Virus record (IMG/VR): IMGVR_UViG_3300037484_000235
Coordinates: 32,001-96,000 of that record
Direction: 5' to 3' (one strand)
Origin: a virus
Lineage: Duplodnaviria > Caudoviricetes
Length of the DNA: 64,000 bases
A program made the translations under genes and the position numbers. Positions 43,499 to 53,362 of this stretch are shown piece after piece (within the stretch, counting starts at the first letter, position 1; the number at the start of each line of letters is the position of its first letter). The notes under the pieces are model-generated. The model worked only from the letters and a program-made list of their open reading frames with translations, did no database searches and was not told the origin of the DNA.

Positions 43499-44737
43499 AT
43501 GCCCACCCCAAGAAATCTGTATGCTGCAATCGGGGGGACTCAGGAGAGTGCCCGTTCCGCAATCGGGGCGCTGGGTGAGGTCCAATCTGGAAACTCGTTG
43601 TATGTGGACTCCGTCTACGGTTCAAATGACACAGCGGCTCGGGGGCGCATTGACAAACCCTACCTGGCAGTTGCAGCGGCATTGGCCGCAGCCCAAGCAG
43701 GGGATGTTGTCCACGTTCGACCTGGAACATACCCCGTCACACCGTTCACAATTCCTGCCAATGTTTCCCTCGTTGGTGACATTAAACGGAGGACGCATCT
43801 GACATATACGGCTACGGGAAATGCCGCCATGATCACGATGGGTGTAGGGTCCAGCCTTAGGGAGATTACTATCGAGTTGTCGAGCGTTGGCCACCACACC
43901 CTCACTGGTGTTTGGTTTGACGACGCTACGGTTCAAACCGCGTATCTCAGGTCCGTTCATGTCCATGTGGACAACGCAGGGGCTGGTGCAGGTGCCAGCG
44001 ATGTTACTGGGGTTTTGGTCCAGTCTCTAGGAACCCAGGTGGTGGACAGCATCATGTTTGAGTCCACAATCACCGTGGATACGGTTGGGACGGGCCGTAA
44101 AAGATGCTTCCTAATGGACACATCGGTAGCGGATGCCAATCTGCAACACGTAGATATGCTGCTGAGTGCGCCTGCGTCCATCGATGCAATCGGGGCAGAG
44201 ATCAATATTGCGGGGGGTACGCTCCGCTATCTATCTGGTTTGGTGTCTGTCATTGCGGCGGTGTCCCCCACGACAAATGCCGACATATCTCAAACGGCGG
44301 GATTCCTACGGATGGGGGCGGTGACGCTTCTAGACAGTAGTTGTAAGGGTTTGGCATTTACAACCGTGGGGCAGAACTCCCCTGTCATCTTTGGGGATCC
44401 TGGGGGCATCACAGGCAACTTGTTCCTGCGTCCAGGTGGTGGATCAGGCAGTATCACGGAAGCTGACAATCAGCTGTATGTGGCCACGAGGTCCATCATT
44501 CAGGCGTTGTCAGCTCACGCAAATACTGGTCCAGGCGGGGTACTAACTTGCGTAGTCACTGTGCGCGTCAACGGGGTTCCCACCACATTGACGCTGACAC
44601 TTACGGGTGTGCAAACCAGCGGGACTGACCTGGTGCACGCTGTTGAAGTGCCTGCCGGTTCCCTTGTCTCCGTGCACGCGGCGGACGCTGGTGCAACTAC
44701 TGATCTCAATGTGTCCTTCCTAATCTCAGGCTGGTAA
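43499..44737 (+). CDS. beta-helix tail fibre/spike-like protein
   Basis: LYVD...G.N.....PY..A...A..GD.V.VRPGTY; G/T/V-rich beta content. Confidence 0.65.
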   Translation: MPTPRNLYAAIGGTQESARSAIGALGEVQSGNSLYVDSVYGSNDTAARGRIDKPYLAVAAALAAAQAGDVVHVRPGTYPVTPFTIPANVSLVGDIKRRTHLTYTATGNAAMITMGVGSSLREITIELSSVGHHTLTGVWFDDATVQTAYLRSVHVHVDNAGAGAGASDVTGVLVQSLGTQVVDSIMFESTITVDTVGTGRKRCFLMDTSVADANLQHVDMLLSAPASIDAIGAEINIAGGTLRYLSGLVSVIAAVSPTTNADISQTAGFLRMGAVTLLDSSCKGLAFTTVGQNSPVIFGDPGGITGNLFLRPGGGSGSITEADNQLYVATRSIIQALSAHANTGPGGVLTCVVTVRVNGVPTTLTLTLTGVQTSGTDLVHAVEVPAGSLVSVHAADAGATTDLNVSFLISGW

Positions 44738-44747
44738 AAGGATCCCA

Positions 44748-45416
44748 ATGGCTGTTACTTTTCTTGACCTGACGGGGGAATCCCGAAACCCACCACCACC
44801 CAAGACGGCGTCAGATGGCTCCAAGAATCCTATCTGTCGGCTTAAGAACAGCAAAGTTCTCGTTCGAGACCCTAAGACCATCACTGGCATTGGCATCCAC
44901 CAGACCGCTTGTGTCTTTGGACCAGCGGACAACTTGATCAAGAGGCATCGCAGAGCGTTCGACGTGCCATCCCACGCTCTGGCCTTTAGGGATGGTGTGG
45001 TGGCTACCGCGTTCCCGATGCTCTGGTACATGTACCACGGACACCGACTTAACGCCTTCACCTACGGCCTGGAAATCGAGGGACAGTACCCAGGTCTTCT
45101 CGATGACCCAGCGACTCCACAGCGTGAGGACATTCAGACTGCTTGGAAGGGCATCACCCCACTCGATGATCTCACGATTGAGACAGCACGAGCCGCACTC
45201 AAATACCTCTATGAAGAGGGGTTGAAGCTCGGGTCGCCTGTCCAGTATGTATGGGCGCACCGGCAGTCCAACGACAAGAAGATTCACGACCCTGGGGCTG
45301 GGATTTGGAAGCATGTTGTTCTGGACTACGCAGTGGCTGTCCTGGGGCTCAAGGTCGAACCCAACAGGAAGTGGAACGATGGTAATCCTATCCCCGCCGC
45401 ATGGGGAAAGCCATGA
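44748..45416 (+). CDS. N-acetylmuramoyl-L-alanine amidase (Amidase_2), endolysin candidate
   Basis: IGIHQTA, SH, N....GLEIEG, AHRQS...DPG. Confidence 0.8.
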   Translation: MAVTFLDLTGESRNPPPPKTASDGSKNPICRLKNSKVLVRDPKTITGIGIHQTACVFGPADNLIKRHRRAFDVPSHALAFRDGVVATAFPMLWYMYHGHRLNAFTYGLEIEGQYPGLLDDPATPQREDIQTAWKGITPLDDLTIETARAALKYLYEEGLKLGSPVQYVWAHRQSNDKKIHDPGAGIWKHVVLDYAVAVLGLKVEPNRKWNDGNPIPAAWGKP

Positions 45417-46180
45417 CCGTAAAGATCGCACGAGCCAACGTTCGCCCCCAACGCCAGCCAAATCAGTACTCATGCTGTACCACAAGTTTAAGTATGAGCC
45501 TGGAGGCTTTGGGTCTCCCGTTGTCAGAGGTGGGTGTAGAGCAGGTGAACAAGGTGCTCGGAGCCCAGCCTCTTCAGGGCGCAAGTTGGGACCAGGTTGC
45601 GGGCGCGGCTTCGCACTTCGGTTGTAGGGCGACGCTCGTGGTCCCGTCCACTTTGGCCCAGGTACGGGCTTGGACAGATGCGGGAACCCCCGTTCTAATC
45701 GGTTGGAACACGGGTAGCGAGTGGAGCCACGCAAGTCTGATTTTCGACGTGACGGACACCCACGTTTACATTGCGGACCCCAACATCACCAATCCGGAAC
45801 GGACCACACACGTTCTGCCTCACGATGAGTTCTACGAGAAGTGGTACGAGAAGGCGGCACCCGGATATAAGATCCGACGCTCAGCCATGGCAATCGAGCG
45901 TGAGATCACACCAGACGGGAGACAGGTCATGGCCAGTTCTATTCACTCAAAGTTGGCATCCAAGGTTGCAACCCGATTCGTCGCCGGCAAGAAGCTCCCT
46001 GAAGTGTGGGCTGTGATGATGCCCAAGAACACATCGGAACTGGAAGACATTTGGTTCAATGCGGGGGAGTTCATTCAGTCTCAGTTCCAGGACCATGGGG
46101 GTGTTGTTCACCTCTTCGACAATCGTATGCAAGCTAGAGACGTAGCGAAGTTGCTTTTGAAGACTCTTCCGAGAGTCTAA
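45413..46180 (+). CDS. C39-like papain-fold cysteine peptidase plus C-terminal ASKVATRF module
   Basis: Q....SC..TSL; WSHA; YIADPN. Confidence 0.8.
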   Translation: MTVKIARANVRPQRQPNQYSCCTTSLSMSLEALGLPLSEVGVEQVNKVLGAQPLQGASWDQVAGAASHFGCRATLVVPSTLAQVRAWTDAGTPVLIGWNTGSEWSHASLIFDVTDTHVYIADPNITNPERTTHVLPHDEFYEKWYEKAAPGYKIRRSAMAIEREITPDGRQVMASSIHSKLASKVATRFVAGKKLPEVWAVMMPKNTSELEDIWFNAGEFIQSQFQDHGGVVHLFDNRMQARDVAKLLLKTLPRV

Positions 46181-46217
46181 GTTAGACCCCCTATAATCCC
46201 CCGGTGGGAGAACCCAT

Positions 46218-49200
46218 ATGCCCACCGCCGGAAAGCGCGAACGTCGTCAGATGAAGGACCGGGAAATGTCCCGGACCATCAAGTATGGTCCTCCGAGTCA
46301 TGAGGGACCTAGCGAAGATCAGTCTGCCATTTCAGGGGTCGGCTGGCGTGAACGTAAAGAACAAGGGCAAGCTGGGATGGCGGGTGCCGGACGAGGAGGT
46401 CGACACAAGTCTCCTCTTGACTACCAGCGCAATCCCAAGCACCGGGACCAAGCCGAAGAGCGCTACGCGGATGTGGGGAGCCCACTCTCAACCCGTCGGG
46501 ACTATGGGGAGAAGACAGCTCGGGCGCCTAAGACCATGGAAGACTTCGCAGGACACATTAGTGTCCTTGTGGGGGGCATCAAGGACTTACAGCGTGCAAC
46601 GAAGCGCCTCAAGCCTCAGTTGCTTGAGCTGAGTCAGTCCGTGGATTTTCTGCCAGACATGCTGGGGTCTGCCCCCACGATGTCTGGGGACATGTTCGGG
46701 AAGGAACTCGACCTCATCTCGCGGTCCACCGAGGAGATTGAGAACTTCATCGACGAGGCACAGCGGTCGGCCGCGCTCTTGGAGCGCGTGTTGACCTCTG
46801 ACCGAAATCTTCGATTGGCTGCGACCGAAGTACCTCCCGGCCTAAAGAAGGGTGACTACATCGAAGTCATCGTATGGGATCGGAAAGACGCGGATGCTGA
46901 TCGGGCGGGAAACGTTCACAGCACTTACCGTGTGGTTCGCATTGAGGGTCCGAAGATCCTTGGTGTGGATTTTGAAGGACACAAAGCCTTCATTGATGTG
47001 GGCGACCGAAACGTAAAGTCTGTTCACGTACTAGATGACGATGCTGTTCACAAATTCGGGGGGGCTGCGACCCTTACAATCGTAGACGGACACCTGGAGA
47101 AGCTCATGATCACTGCCTCTGATTTCGAAGACGCGCTCAAAGAGTCCAAGTTCGAGGAAGGCAAGCCAGCCGACCCCACGAAGAACATGAGTAAGGAAGA
47201 CGCCGCTGAATGGAAGCGTCAGACCGAAGAGCACAAGGATGAGTTTAAGACGGCCGGGGTGCCCGAGGACCATCAGTTGAAGATCCTCAAGGACACCGTG
47301 AAGAACCCAATGAAGGGGAAGTTCCTGGGAGGGCCCTCTGCGGAAGAGGCTGAGAAAACTCTGCGCGAGAAGTTTCACTTCACGGATAAGCAGATTACTA
47401 CTCTGAAGAAGGCGTCCGTTGGCAAGATCGCAAGTGTAACCGTAGGTGCCATTGCTAGCTTGGTGGCAGAGGAACTAGGTGCTTTCTCGTCAGCTATCAA
47501 GAAGACCGAGGATACTCTTGAGACCATCAAGGACAGCGACACAGATTGGAAGATCTGGGGCAAGAATTCTGAGGGAGAAGACTTTGAAGCTACTCTCACA
47601 GTCACTGGAAATGGCTACTACAGCCTCTATGTCTCTACTCAACTTGGGTCTCGAATGGGATTTTACATCATAGGCCCGCACGAGAGAGACCCATCGAAGA
47701 TCAACGGGGCCCTACGTGGGTACACTGATCTTACTTGGGACATGCAGGGGTCGACACGGCCTCGCTTGGCATCGATTAAGGACTACGAGGTTGCCCTGCG
47801 CGTTGCTTCCCCAGGGGACAGCAAGGAGTCCAAGTTTGAAGAGGGCAAGCCAGCGGATCCAACCGAGAACATGTCCAAGGAAGATGCTGCCGAGTGGAAG
47901 CGTCAGAATGAAGAGCACAAGGACGAGTTTAAGACCGCCAAGGCAACCTATGTAGACCCCTCCATCGTTGGGGCGAAGCGAGTTGTCGATGAAGCTCGTA
48001 AAGAACTTGATCTTCTTTGGAGTAAGGGGCCTATTGTGTCTGGGTCGCCGGAGGCAAATAAGGCTAAGGACGCGTACAGGAAGTTTGAGGAGGCCAGTAG
48101 GGATCTCATGGATACCTACAAGTCTCTCCAAAATTGGAGATCAGCAACTCTGTCGGTAGACGACTACGCTGAGAGCTTGCGCGAAGCGAAGTTCCCCAAG
48201 GACAAGTCCATGACCGTGGACGAGGTGTCCGAGGTTGTGGGCCCTGAATTCAAAGAGATGAACGAGGACCCCCCGGAGTCTGTCAAGAAGCTTCAGAAGG
48301 AAATGCAGGGCAAGTCTGCTAGTGAGAAGATTGCGTTCCACTCCAAGCCTGCAATCAAGGCCATCCGCGATTATTACCTCGAAGCCATGTCTAAGCCCCT
48401 TCAGGAGTCTCTGGGTAAGGCGCTCTCAGAGCTGTACTCAGGACCGGGGTCCGCTGGTGATGACGAGGACGGCTGGACCTACAGCAAGGCCCTACGCGAC
48501 CTAGGGCGTTGGTGGGACTCCGTGGGGACCACGCTCTACTACGACACCCAGAGTGGCTTGGTGGAAGAGAGCCTACCCACAGCCTATCAGGATGGCGATG
48601 AGATGGTTGAACCCATGCTTGAGGACTACATGGAGTTCTCCGAGCGTGATGGTGCAAAAGCAATCTTTGGAGCGCTGATCACCGATGGTGGGATGCGTCT
48701 GGGGTCTCAGAAGGCCTCCAGGTCATCCGATGTTTCGAAGCGGGAGTGGCAGCGTGCCCTCAAGACCGATGAGGACATGCTCGTGAGTCTCAATGCCAAC
48801 ATCAAGAAATTGGAGTCCGGGGAGACGGTCGAAAACCTCACCCTGGAAAACGCGAAGCTGATCAAGGGTGGCCTTGAGCAGGTCATTGAGAACAAGAAGA
48901 ACCTCATCAAGAAGTTCGCGAACCTGTCGGACGAGACCACAGACAAGACTGCCGAGTGGAAGGGCTGGGACGAGGACATGCCTGTCCAGGTCGCGTCTGA
49001 ACACGGCAGTGAGGTCTTCGAGAACCTTGCGGATGCTCGTCGCAAGTACCCCGAACTTGACCCTAAGAAGGGTGGTGGAGGCTTTCACTGGGCTATGCGT
49101 GGTGAGGTGAAGGGTCGCCCTGCCATCCGATTTGAGAGCCACGGCCTATACAGGGCCATCTCGCGTGATGCCTCAGTGCATGAGGCGGCGGCTGGCCTCT

Positions 49201-50000
49201 ACGGTTTCACGAAGGAAGCTGAACGGGTCTGTGGGTCGGCCACGAACAAGCTCGCCAAGTTCACGGCGAAGCTCGCCAAGGACATCTACTCGAAGGACGC
49301 CGAGACCCCAGGCTTTCTAGAGGAACACACGACACGCACTGCGTCCAAGGCCGCTCGGATGCTCCGTGCATCCATGGCTGACATCGGCCCAGGCAAACCC
49401 TCCAAGACCGCAGCCTACAATCCGTGGATCAAAGAGCTAGGTGGGACTACAGACTTTTCCTCCATCGAGGTAGGCAAGTCATTTTCGTTCCCCAAGAGCG
49501 AAGAGGTTCTCACGAAGATTAGCCCTCGGAAATACAGGGACTCCTCAGGCCACTCCTTTGCAACGGGTTCTGGAACATCCGTTGTCCAGATTAAGACCGC
49601 AGCCAAGAGCGGCAAGGGGCGCTATGGGTTCTCTGCGAAGACCGCCAAGCTAGCCCTTGAGGCTTGCCACGAAGTAGAGCACCAGGCGGGTGTGGTCGCA
49701 AGTGACCTGCACACGCGCATGGGTGCAAAGCACGCCAGCATCACGGGCTTCCTTAACAAGCACGCGAAGCGCGCTAAGTGTGGTTGGAGCGACATGATCC
49801 TCGAAGCGTATCCGACTCCGGATGAGGCTGAGGTTCTGGCTTCGAAGTCTGCATCCCTAGAGAGCTACAAGATCCACCCAACGGTGGATGAGATTCTCTC
49901 GTGGGACGGTAAGGGTGGACGCCTGGCCGCTTCGTTCCTTGCTTCTGAGGAAGAGGGGTCCGAGGATAAGCCTGAGAACGAGGATGACAATCTAGCCTGA
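46218..50000 (+). CDS. large modular putative virion polyprotein
   Basis: 1260 aa; duplicated 39-aa module; two G.YGF modules; many [K/R]xA junctions. Confidence 0.75.
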   Translation: MPTAGKRERRQMKDREMSRTIKYGPPSHEGPSEDQSAISGVGWRERKEQGQAGMAGAGRGGRHKSPLDYQRNPKHRDQAEERYADVGSPLSTRRDYGEKTARAPKTMEDFAGHISVLVGGIKDLQRATKRLKPQLLELSQSVDFLPDMLGSAPTMSGDMFGKELDLISRSTEEIENFIDEAQRSAALLERVLTSDRNLRLAATEVPPGLKKGDYIEVIVWDRKDADADRAGNVHSTYRVVRIEGPKILGVDFEGHKAFIDVGDRNVKSVHVLDDDAVHKFGGAATLTIVDGHLEKLMITASDFEDALKESKFEEGKPADPTKNMSKEDAAEWKRQTEEHKDEFKTAGVPEDHQLKILKDTVKNPMKGKFLGGPSAEEAEKTLREKFHFTDKQITTLKKASVGKIASVTVGAIASLVAEELGAFSSAIKKTEDTLETIKDSDTDWKIWGKNSEGEDFEATLTVTGNGYYSLYVSTQLGSRMGFYIIGPHERDPSKINGALRGYTDLTWDMQGSTRPRLASIKDYEVALRVASPGDSKESKFEEGKPADPTENMSKEDAAEWKRQNEEHKDEFKTAKATYVDPSIVGAKRVVDEARKELDLLWSKGPIVSGSPEANKAKDAYRKFEEASRDLMDTYKSLQNWRSATLSVDDYAESLREAKFPKDKSMTVDEVSEVVGPEFKEMNEDPPESVKKLQKEMQGKSASEKIAFHSKPAIKAIRDYYLEAMSKPLQESLGKALSELYSGPGSAGDDEDGWTYSKALRDLGRWWDSVGTTLYYDTQSGLVEESLPTAYQDGDEMVEPMLEDYMEFSERDGAKAIFGALITDGGMRLGSQKASRSSDVSKREWQRALKTDEDMLVSLNANIKKLESGETVENLTLENAKLIKGGLEQVIENKKNLIKKFANLSDETTDKTAEWKGWDEDMPVQVASEHGSEVFENLADARRKYPELDPKKGGGGFHWAMRGEVKGRPAIRFESHGLYRAISRDASVHEAAAGLYGFTKEAERVCGSATNKLAKFTAKLAKDIYSKDAETPGFLEEHTTRTASKAARMLRASMADIGPGKPSKTAAYNPWIKELGGTTDFSSIEVGKSFSFPKSEEVLTKISPRKYRDSSGHSFATGSGTSVVQIKTAAKSGKGRYGFSAKTAKLALEACHEVEHQAGVVASDLHTRMGAKHASITGFLNKHAKRAKCGWSDMILEAYPTPDEAEVLASKSASLESYKIHPTVDEILSWDGKGGRLAASFLASEEEGSEDKPENEDDNLA
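47141..47939 (+). repeat. duplicated 39-aa module (about 47140-47255 and 47823-47939)
   Basis: KESKFEEGKPADPT[K/E]NMSKEDAAEWKRQ[T/N]EEHKDEFKTA, 37/39 identical, many synonymous DNA changes. Confidence 0.9.
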
Positions 50001-50393
50001 TCCGTCAGGTTTATTGTTCTCGTCCGTGTGCTTCTTGATTGCTGCTAGCACGACCTTCCTCAGGTCGGGCCCGGAACGCAGGTGGCAGTTGCACTTTTGT
50101 CCCCCGCGGGTGCCACACCATTCTCCGTGCGGCACCCCCTCACGAGCCGCCGCAAAGACGGCCCGTGCTATAGCCATCTCGTAACGCAGAGGCAGCTCTG
50201 GCTTCTCGGGCTTGGGGGGAAGCATCGGCGTATCCCTCGTGTCCAGATTGATCTCCCGAAGCCGATCGAAGAAGATCACGAGAGACTGGGCTAGGGTATG
50301 CCTCAAGTCCATGGGGGTGTTAGGATCAAATCCTCCCCCCATCTCCATACGATGCATGACCTTGCGGTACGTCTTGTCGCCCTTGTAAGTCAT
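49992..50393 (-). CDS. hypothetical protein
   Basis: first ORF after promoter; HGEWC..CNC. Confidence 0.65.
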   Translation of the reverse strand: MTYKGDKTYRKVMHRMEMGGGFDPNTPMDLRHTLAQSLVIFFDRLREINLDTRDTPMLPPKPEKPELPLRYEMAIARAVFAAAREGVPHGEWCGTRGGQKCNCHLRSGPDLRKVVLAAIKKHTDENNKPDGSG

Positions 50394-50414
50394 GATCTCT
50401 TTGCTCACCTTGGT

Positions 50415-50444
50415 AACGGGTGGGCAAAGAGAGATTACATGATT
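50415..50444 (-). promoter_or_regulatory. promoter variant AATCATGTAA-N16-CGTT
   Basis: motif read directly. Confidence 0.8.
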
Positions 50445-50450
50445 TGCTTC

Positions 50451-51137
50451 TTACAAGGAATTGGGGTGCTGGGCGTTGTACGTCTCACTCTCCAGCTTCG
50501 AGATGCGTGCCCGATTCATCTCGGAGTTGATTCCCCCGCCGTACCAGGTATCGAGGAACTTGTAGAGGTACGTGAAGCCCTTGTCCTCTCGTTCGTCCCC
50601 CGAATAGAACGGGATGAGCTTGAGGCCCGCCGCCTTTGCCTTGATGATCTCGTCGAGGCGTGCGAGGCGCTCTTCCATCGAGTTCTTGTTGCTCTTGAGG
50701 AACGCGATGACCTTGGCCCGCTCGTCCTTGCGCTTCTTGATTCCGGCCTGTCGATCCGCTTCGGCCTTCTCACGGGCTTTGTGCTCCACTCGGATCTCCT
50801 GCTCCATGGAATCGGGGTCGATTCCTGCGGCTAGGATCAGGTTGTGGATGAGGGCGTGGAAGGAACGCGCTGTGCCCTTGTCTCCGAAGAGGGGGTAGCT
50901 CCACGCCTGGCTTCCGAAGAATGGACGCCGGAGGCGTCTCTCTGCTGTATCCCCCTTCTGGATCCACTGGTTCTTGCGACCAGCCTTCATGAACTCCTTC
51001 GTCAGTCCCTCAGTGGCGAGCCCGCAGTCGGGCACCCACGCGAGAAGCGCACGGGCCGCCTTGCGTGTCTCATTGTGGCAGGCATGACTGACCACGTCAC
51101 CGCAGTCCGGACAGATTACACGTACGCCGTTGCTCAT
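50451..51137 (-). CDS. hypothetical protein
   Basis: start MSNGVRVICPDC. Confidence 0.65.
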   Translation of the reverse strand: MSNGVRVICPDCGDVVSHACHNETRKAARALLAWVPDCGLATEGLTKEFMKAGRKNQWIQKGDTAERRLRRPFFGSQAWSYPLFGDKGTARSFHALIHNLILAAGIDPDSMEQEIRVEHKAREKAEADRQAGIKKRKDERAKVIAFLKSNKNSMEERLARLDEIIKAKAAGLKLIPFYSGDEREDKGFTYLYKFLDTWYGGGINSEMNRARISKLESETYNAQHPNSL

Positions 51138-51787
51138 CGCTTCTTCTCCTTGAACTTGTACTTGGTCAGGGTGACCTTGTGGATGCTGATAGTTCGGTTC
51201 TTTTCCGACCATTTGAGTACGGCCGACGCGTCCTTGCCCCTCTTGGGCAAGAGAACCCCCAACTCACTTTCCCCCGGGTCATTCCAGAAGATGCAAGTGT
51301 CCCCTACAGGTTCATCGAGCGTGAAAGAGGAAACTCCGTCCACCGAGTAGTACCCCTCACCCAGTTCCTTGACCCGGACCCAGACAAGATCCGTCTTCGG
51401 GAGTGCCTTGAGCTGACCCACGGTCATCACTCGTCCGCACGAGGAATAGGGCTCCCCTTCGACGAAGTACTGATTGATGTTGGGGGATGGGACGCGATGG
51501 TAGAGCCGTCGGAACCCACGCCACTGCCCAAGCCACTTCTCGGCTTCGCTTGCTTGCTCGTAGCGGCGTGACGTGTCCACCTCACACACTGGCTTACCCA
51601 TTCGCACGAGAGTCACCGTGAGCTTGAGCCCATTGCGACCCTTGCCGGGCCAGCGCAGGCGTGATCCTGAGATGTCAGAATCAGTGTTCGACCAACTCGA
51701 CTTGACCTCAGCCCGAAGGCCGAGTTCAGGGTGTGCGTTGATGTCCGCTGCAATGGCCTTAAGGGAGCGTTTTGTGGTGGCCAGCAT
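51134..51787 (-). CDS. hypothetical protein
   Basis: 217 aa coupled. Confidence 0.65.
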   Translation of the reverse strand: MLATTKRSLKAIAADINAHPELGLRAEVKSSWSNTDSDISGSRLRWPGKGRNGLKLTVTLVRMGKPVCEVDTSRRYEQASEAEKWLGQWRGFRRLYHRVPSPNINQYFVEGEPYSSCGRVMTVGQLKALPKTDLVWVRVKELGEGYYSVDGVSSFTLDEPVGDTCIFWNDPGESELGVLLPKRGKDASAVLKWSEKNRTISIHKVTLTKYKFKEKKR

Positions 51788-51788
51788 C

Positions 51789-52124
51789 CTAGAGCCCCTT
51801 CCGAGAAATCCCGAATCGCCAGGTAGGCCAGAACAGGTCGAAATTGGGGAGCGCCTCCACTAGCTCGTGGTGAATCTTGAGCGCCTTGACACGATCTCGA
51901 CTGGTTCCCTTCAGGAACGCCGTAGCCCGCCGAAGGAGCTTCTCGGTTGTGCTGCCTGTCGGCTTACACTTCTGCCGAGCTAGCTTCTCGATTATCTCGG
52001 CCTCTTCCGCGTTCAGCTGATCTCGCTTCATTTTGAGGAGATCCAGATCCGTCTTCAGTTCCAGACGCCTACGACACCGGTCACACACGCCACAGGAATG
52101 GGTCTTTGCCGTCTTGGTCGTCAT
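51789..52124 (-). CDS. hypothetical protein
   Basis: CGVCDRC then coiled coil. Confidence 0.6.
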   Translation of the reverse strand: MTTKTAKTHSCGVCDRCRRRLELKTDLDLLKMKRDQLNAEEAEIIEKLARQKCKPTGSTTEKLLRRATAFLKGTSRDRVKALKIHHELVEALPNFDLFWPTWRFGISRKGL

Positions 52125-52137
52125 CAGAGGGCTTCCT

Positions 52138-52404
52138 TCAGGCAACCACACCGGATATGGTGGTGAAACACTCGGTCGATGGCACGAATCGAGATCGCGC
52201 GTGGGACAGCGTAGGTCGTACCCACTGAAAACCATCTGGTCGGACTTCCTGAAGTCCAACGTGTCCAGCGGGTTCACTGACGAGTCGTGCCTCTTCGATG
52301 ACCGGATCTCCGTTCTCGATTCGGGTCACGCAGTAGTTCCGACGGTCGTGCCCTGCAAAGAGGTGTCCTACCAGACTGGGGATCTTGTTGGTGATGGGTG
52401 CCAT
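52138..52404 (-). CDS. hypothetical protein
   Basis: first ORF after promoter. Confidence 0.55.
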   Translation of the reverse strand: MAPITNKIPSLVGHLFAGHDRRNYCVTRIENGDPVIEEARLVSEPAGHVGLQEVRPDGFQWVRPTLSHARSRFVPSTECFTTISGVVA

Positions 52405-52429
52405 TTTGGTATCAGCCTTCTGCTGGTGT

Positions 52430-52459
52430 AACGGGTGAATCCAGGAGGATTACACCATT
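52430..52459 (-). promoter_or_regulatory. promoter variant AATGGTGTAA-N16-CGTT
   Basis: motif read directly. Confidence 0.75.
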
Positions 52460-52464
52460 GGGGA

Positions 52465-52626
52465 TCAACTTTTCCAGAAAGGATCCATGGCCGCATAGTC
52501 TGCCGCCTTCTTCGCGGCTCGTGCCCGGCACATCTTCAAGTCCTTGCAGAGGATGCGCGCACCCACATAGAACTTGACCTTGCGGGCATCGAAGTGGGTG
52601 TACCCACACAGGTAGCAGCGGTTCAT
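52465..52626 (-). CDS. 53-aa Cys-containing protein (not in ORF track)
   Basis: MNRCYLCG...ILCKDLKMC; ATGA overlap. Confidence 0.6.
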   Translation of the reverse strand: MNRCYLCGYTHFDARKVKFYVGARILCKDLKMCRARAAKKAADYAAMDPFWKS

Positions 52627-53249
52627 CGACGGCTCCGCGCCCAGGGGTCCCTCTTCTCACGAGCCTTATGGTACTCGCACTGAGAACGAGACCAGCTACC
52701 CTTCCAGTTTGCACGACGTCCAAACCGACGGCTGAGGGTCTTCATCTCCGCGAGATTGTCAGTGCAAATGTTATCCCAAATGTCGAACCAAGCCGTGTCC
52801 CACTTCTCCCCCTTGGGTGGGGTCCACGAGAGAATGTCCGCCTGGATGATCGTGACCCGGCCCGGGAACTTCTCCGTGAGCCAAGGGCCCGTCAGTGCGA
52901 TCACATCGCTCGAAAGCTCGATGATCGTGACGTGGGTGACCTCTGGCTTGTTGAGCATCGCCTGAGCAACCATGCCGATTCCGAGTCCCGCCACGAGACA
53001 GCGACCCCGGGCCTGACGGATGGCTTCCCGGTGGTCTCGAATCTCGTCCGGAGTATCACTCATGACCGTGGTGCCACCCCGCGAGAGCATCGTGTAGGTG
53101 CCCTCCGGCACCCCACGCCCGCCCCCACCGAAGACAGCCCGAAGGCGTTCCATCTCTGCGTCCTTGGGGGAAACGGTGAAGCGCTGGATGCTCCACGGAC
53201 CGGACTTGCCTTCCGGAACGTCGACTTGGTATCTGCTTGCTGTGTTCAT
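52623..53249 (-). CDS. SAM-dependent methyltransferase (spermidine-synthase-like fold)
   Basis: LVAGLGIG, VTIIE...D, ADI..W, FDIWD. Confidence 0.8.
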   Translation of the reverse strand: MNTASRYQVDVPEGKSGPWSIQRFTVSPKDAEMERLRAVFGGGGRGVPEGTYTMLSRGGTTVMSDTPDEIRDHREAIRQARGRCLVAGLGIGMVAQAMLNKPEVTHVTIIELSSDVIALTGPWLTEKFPGRVTIIQADILSWTPPKGEKWDTAWFDIWDNICTDNLAEMKTLSRRFGRRANWKGSWSRSQCEYHKAREKRDPWARSRR

Positions 53250-53268
53250 TGGTCTTCCTCACTTTTGA

Positions 53269-53298
53269 AACGAATGGGACCCCAAGGTTTACACGATC
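53269..53298 (-). promoter_or_regulatory. repeated promoter GATCGTGTAA-N16-CGTT, left member of divergent pair
   Basis: motif read directly. Confidence 0.8.
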
Positions 53299-53312
53299 GG
53301 GCGTAACAATCG

Positions 53313-53342
53313 GATCGTGTAAATGGTGGAGGGTCACTCGTT
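53313..53342 (+). promoter_or_regulatory. repeated promoter GATCGTGTAA-N16-CGTT, right member of divergent pair
   Basis: motif read directly. Confidence 0.85.
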
Positions 53343-53362
53343 ATACTAGTGAGAAATCGACC

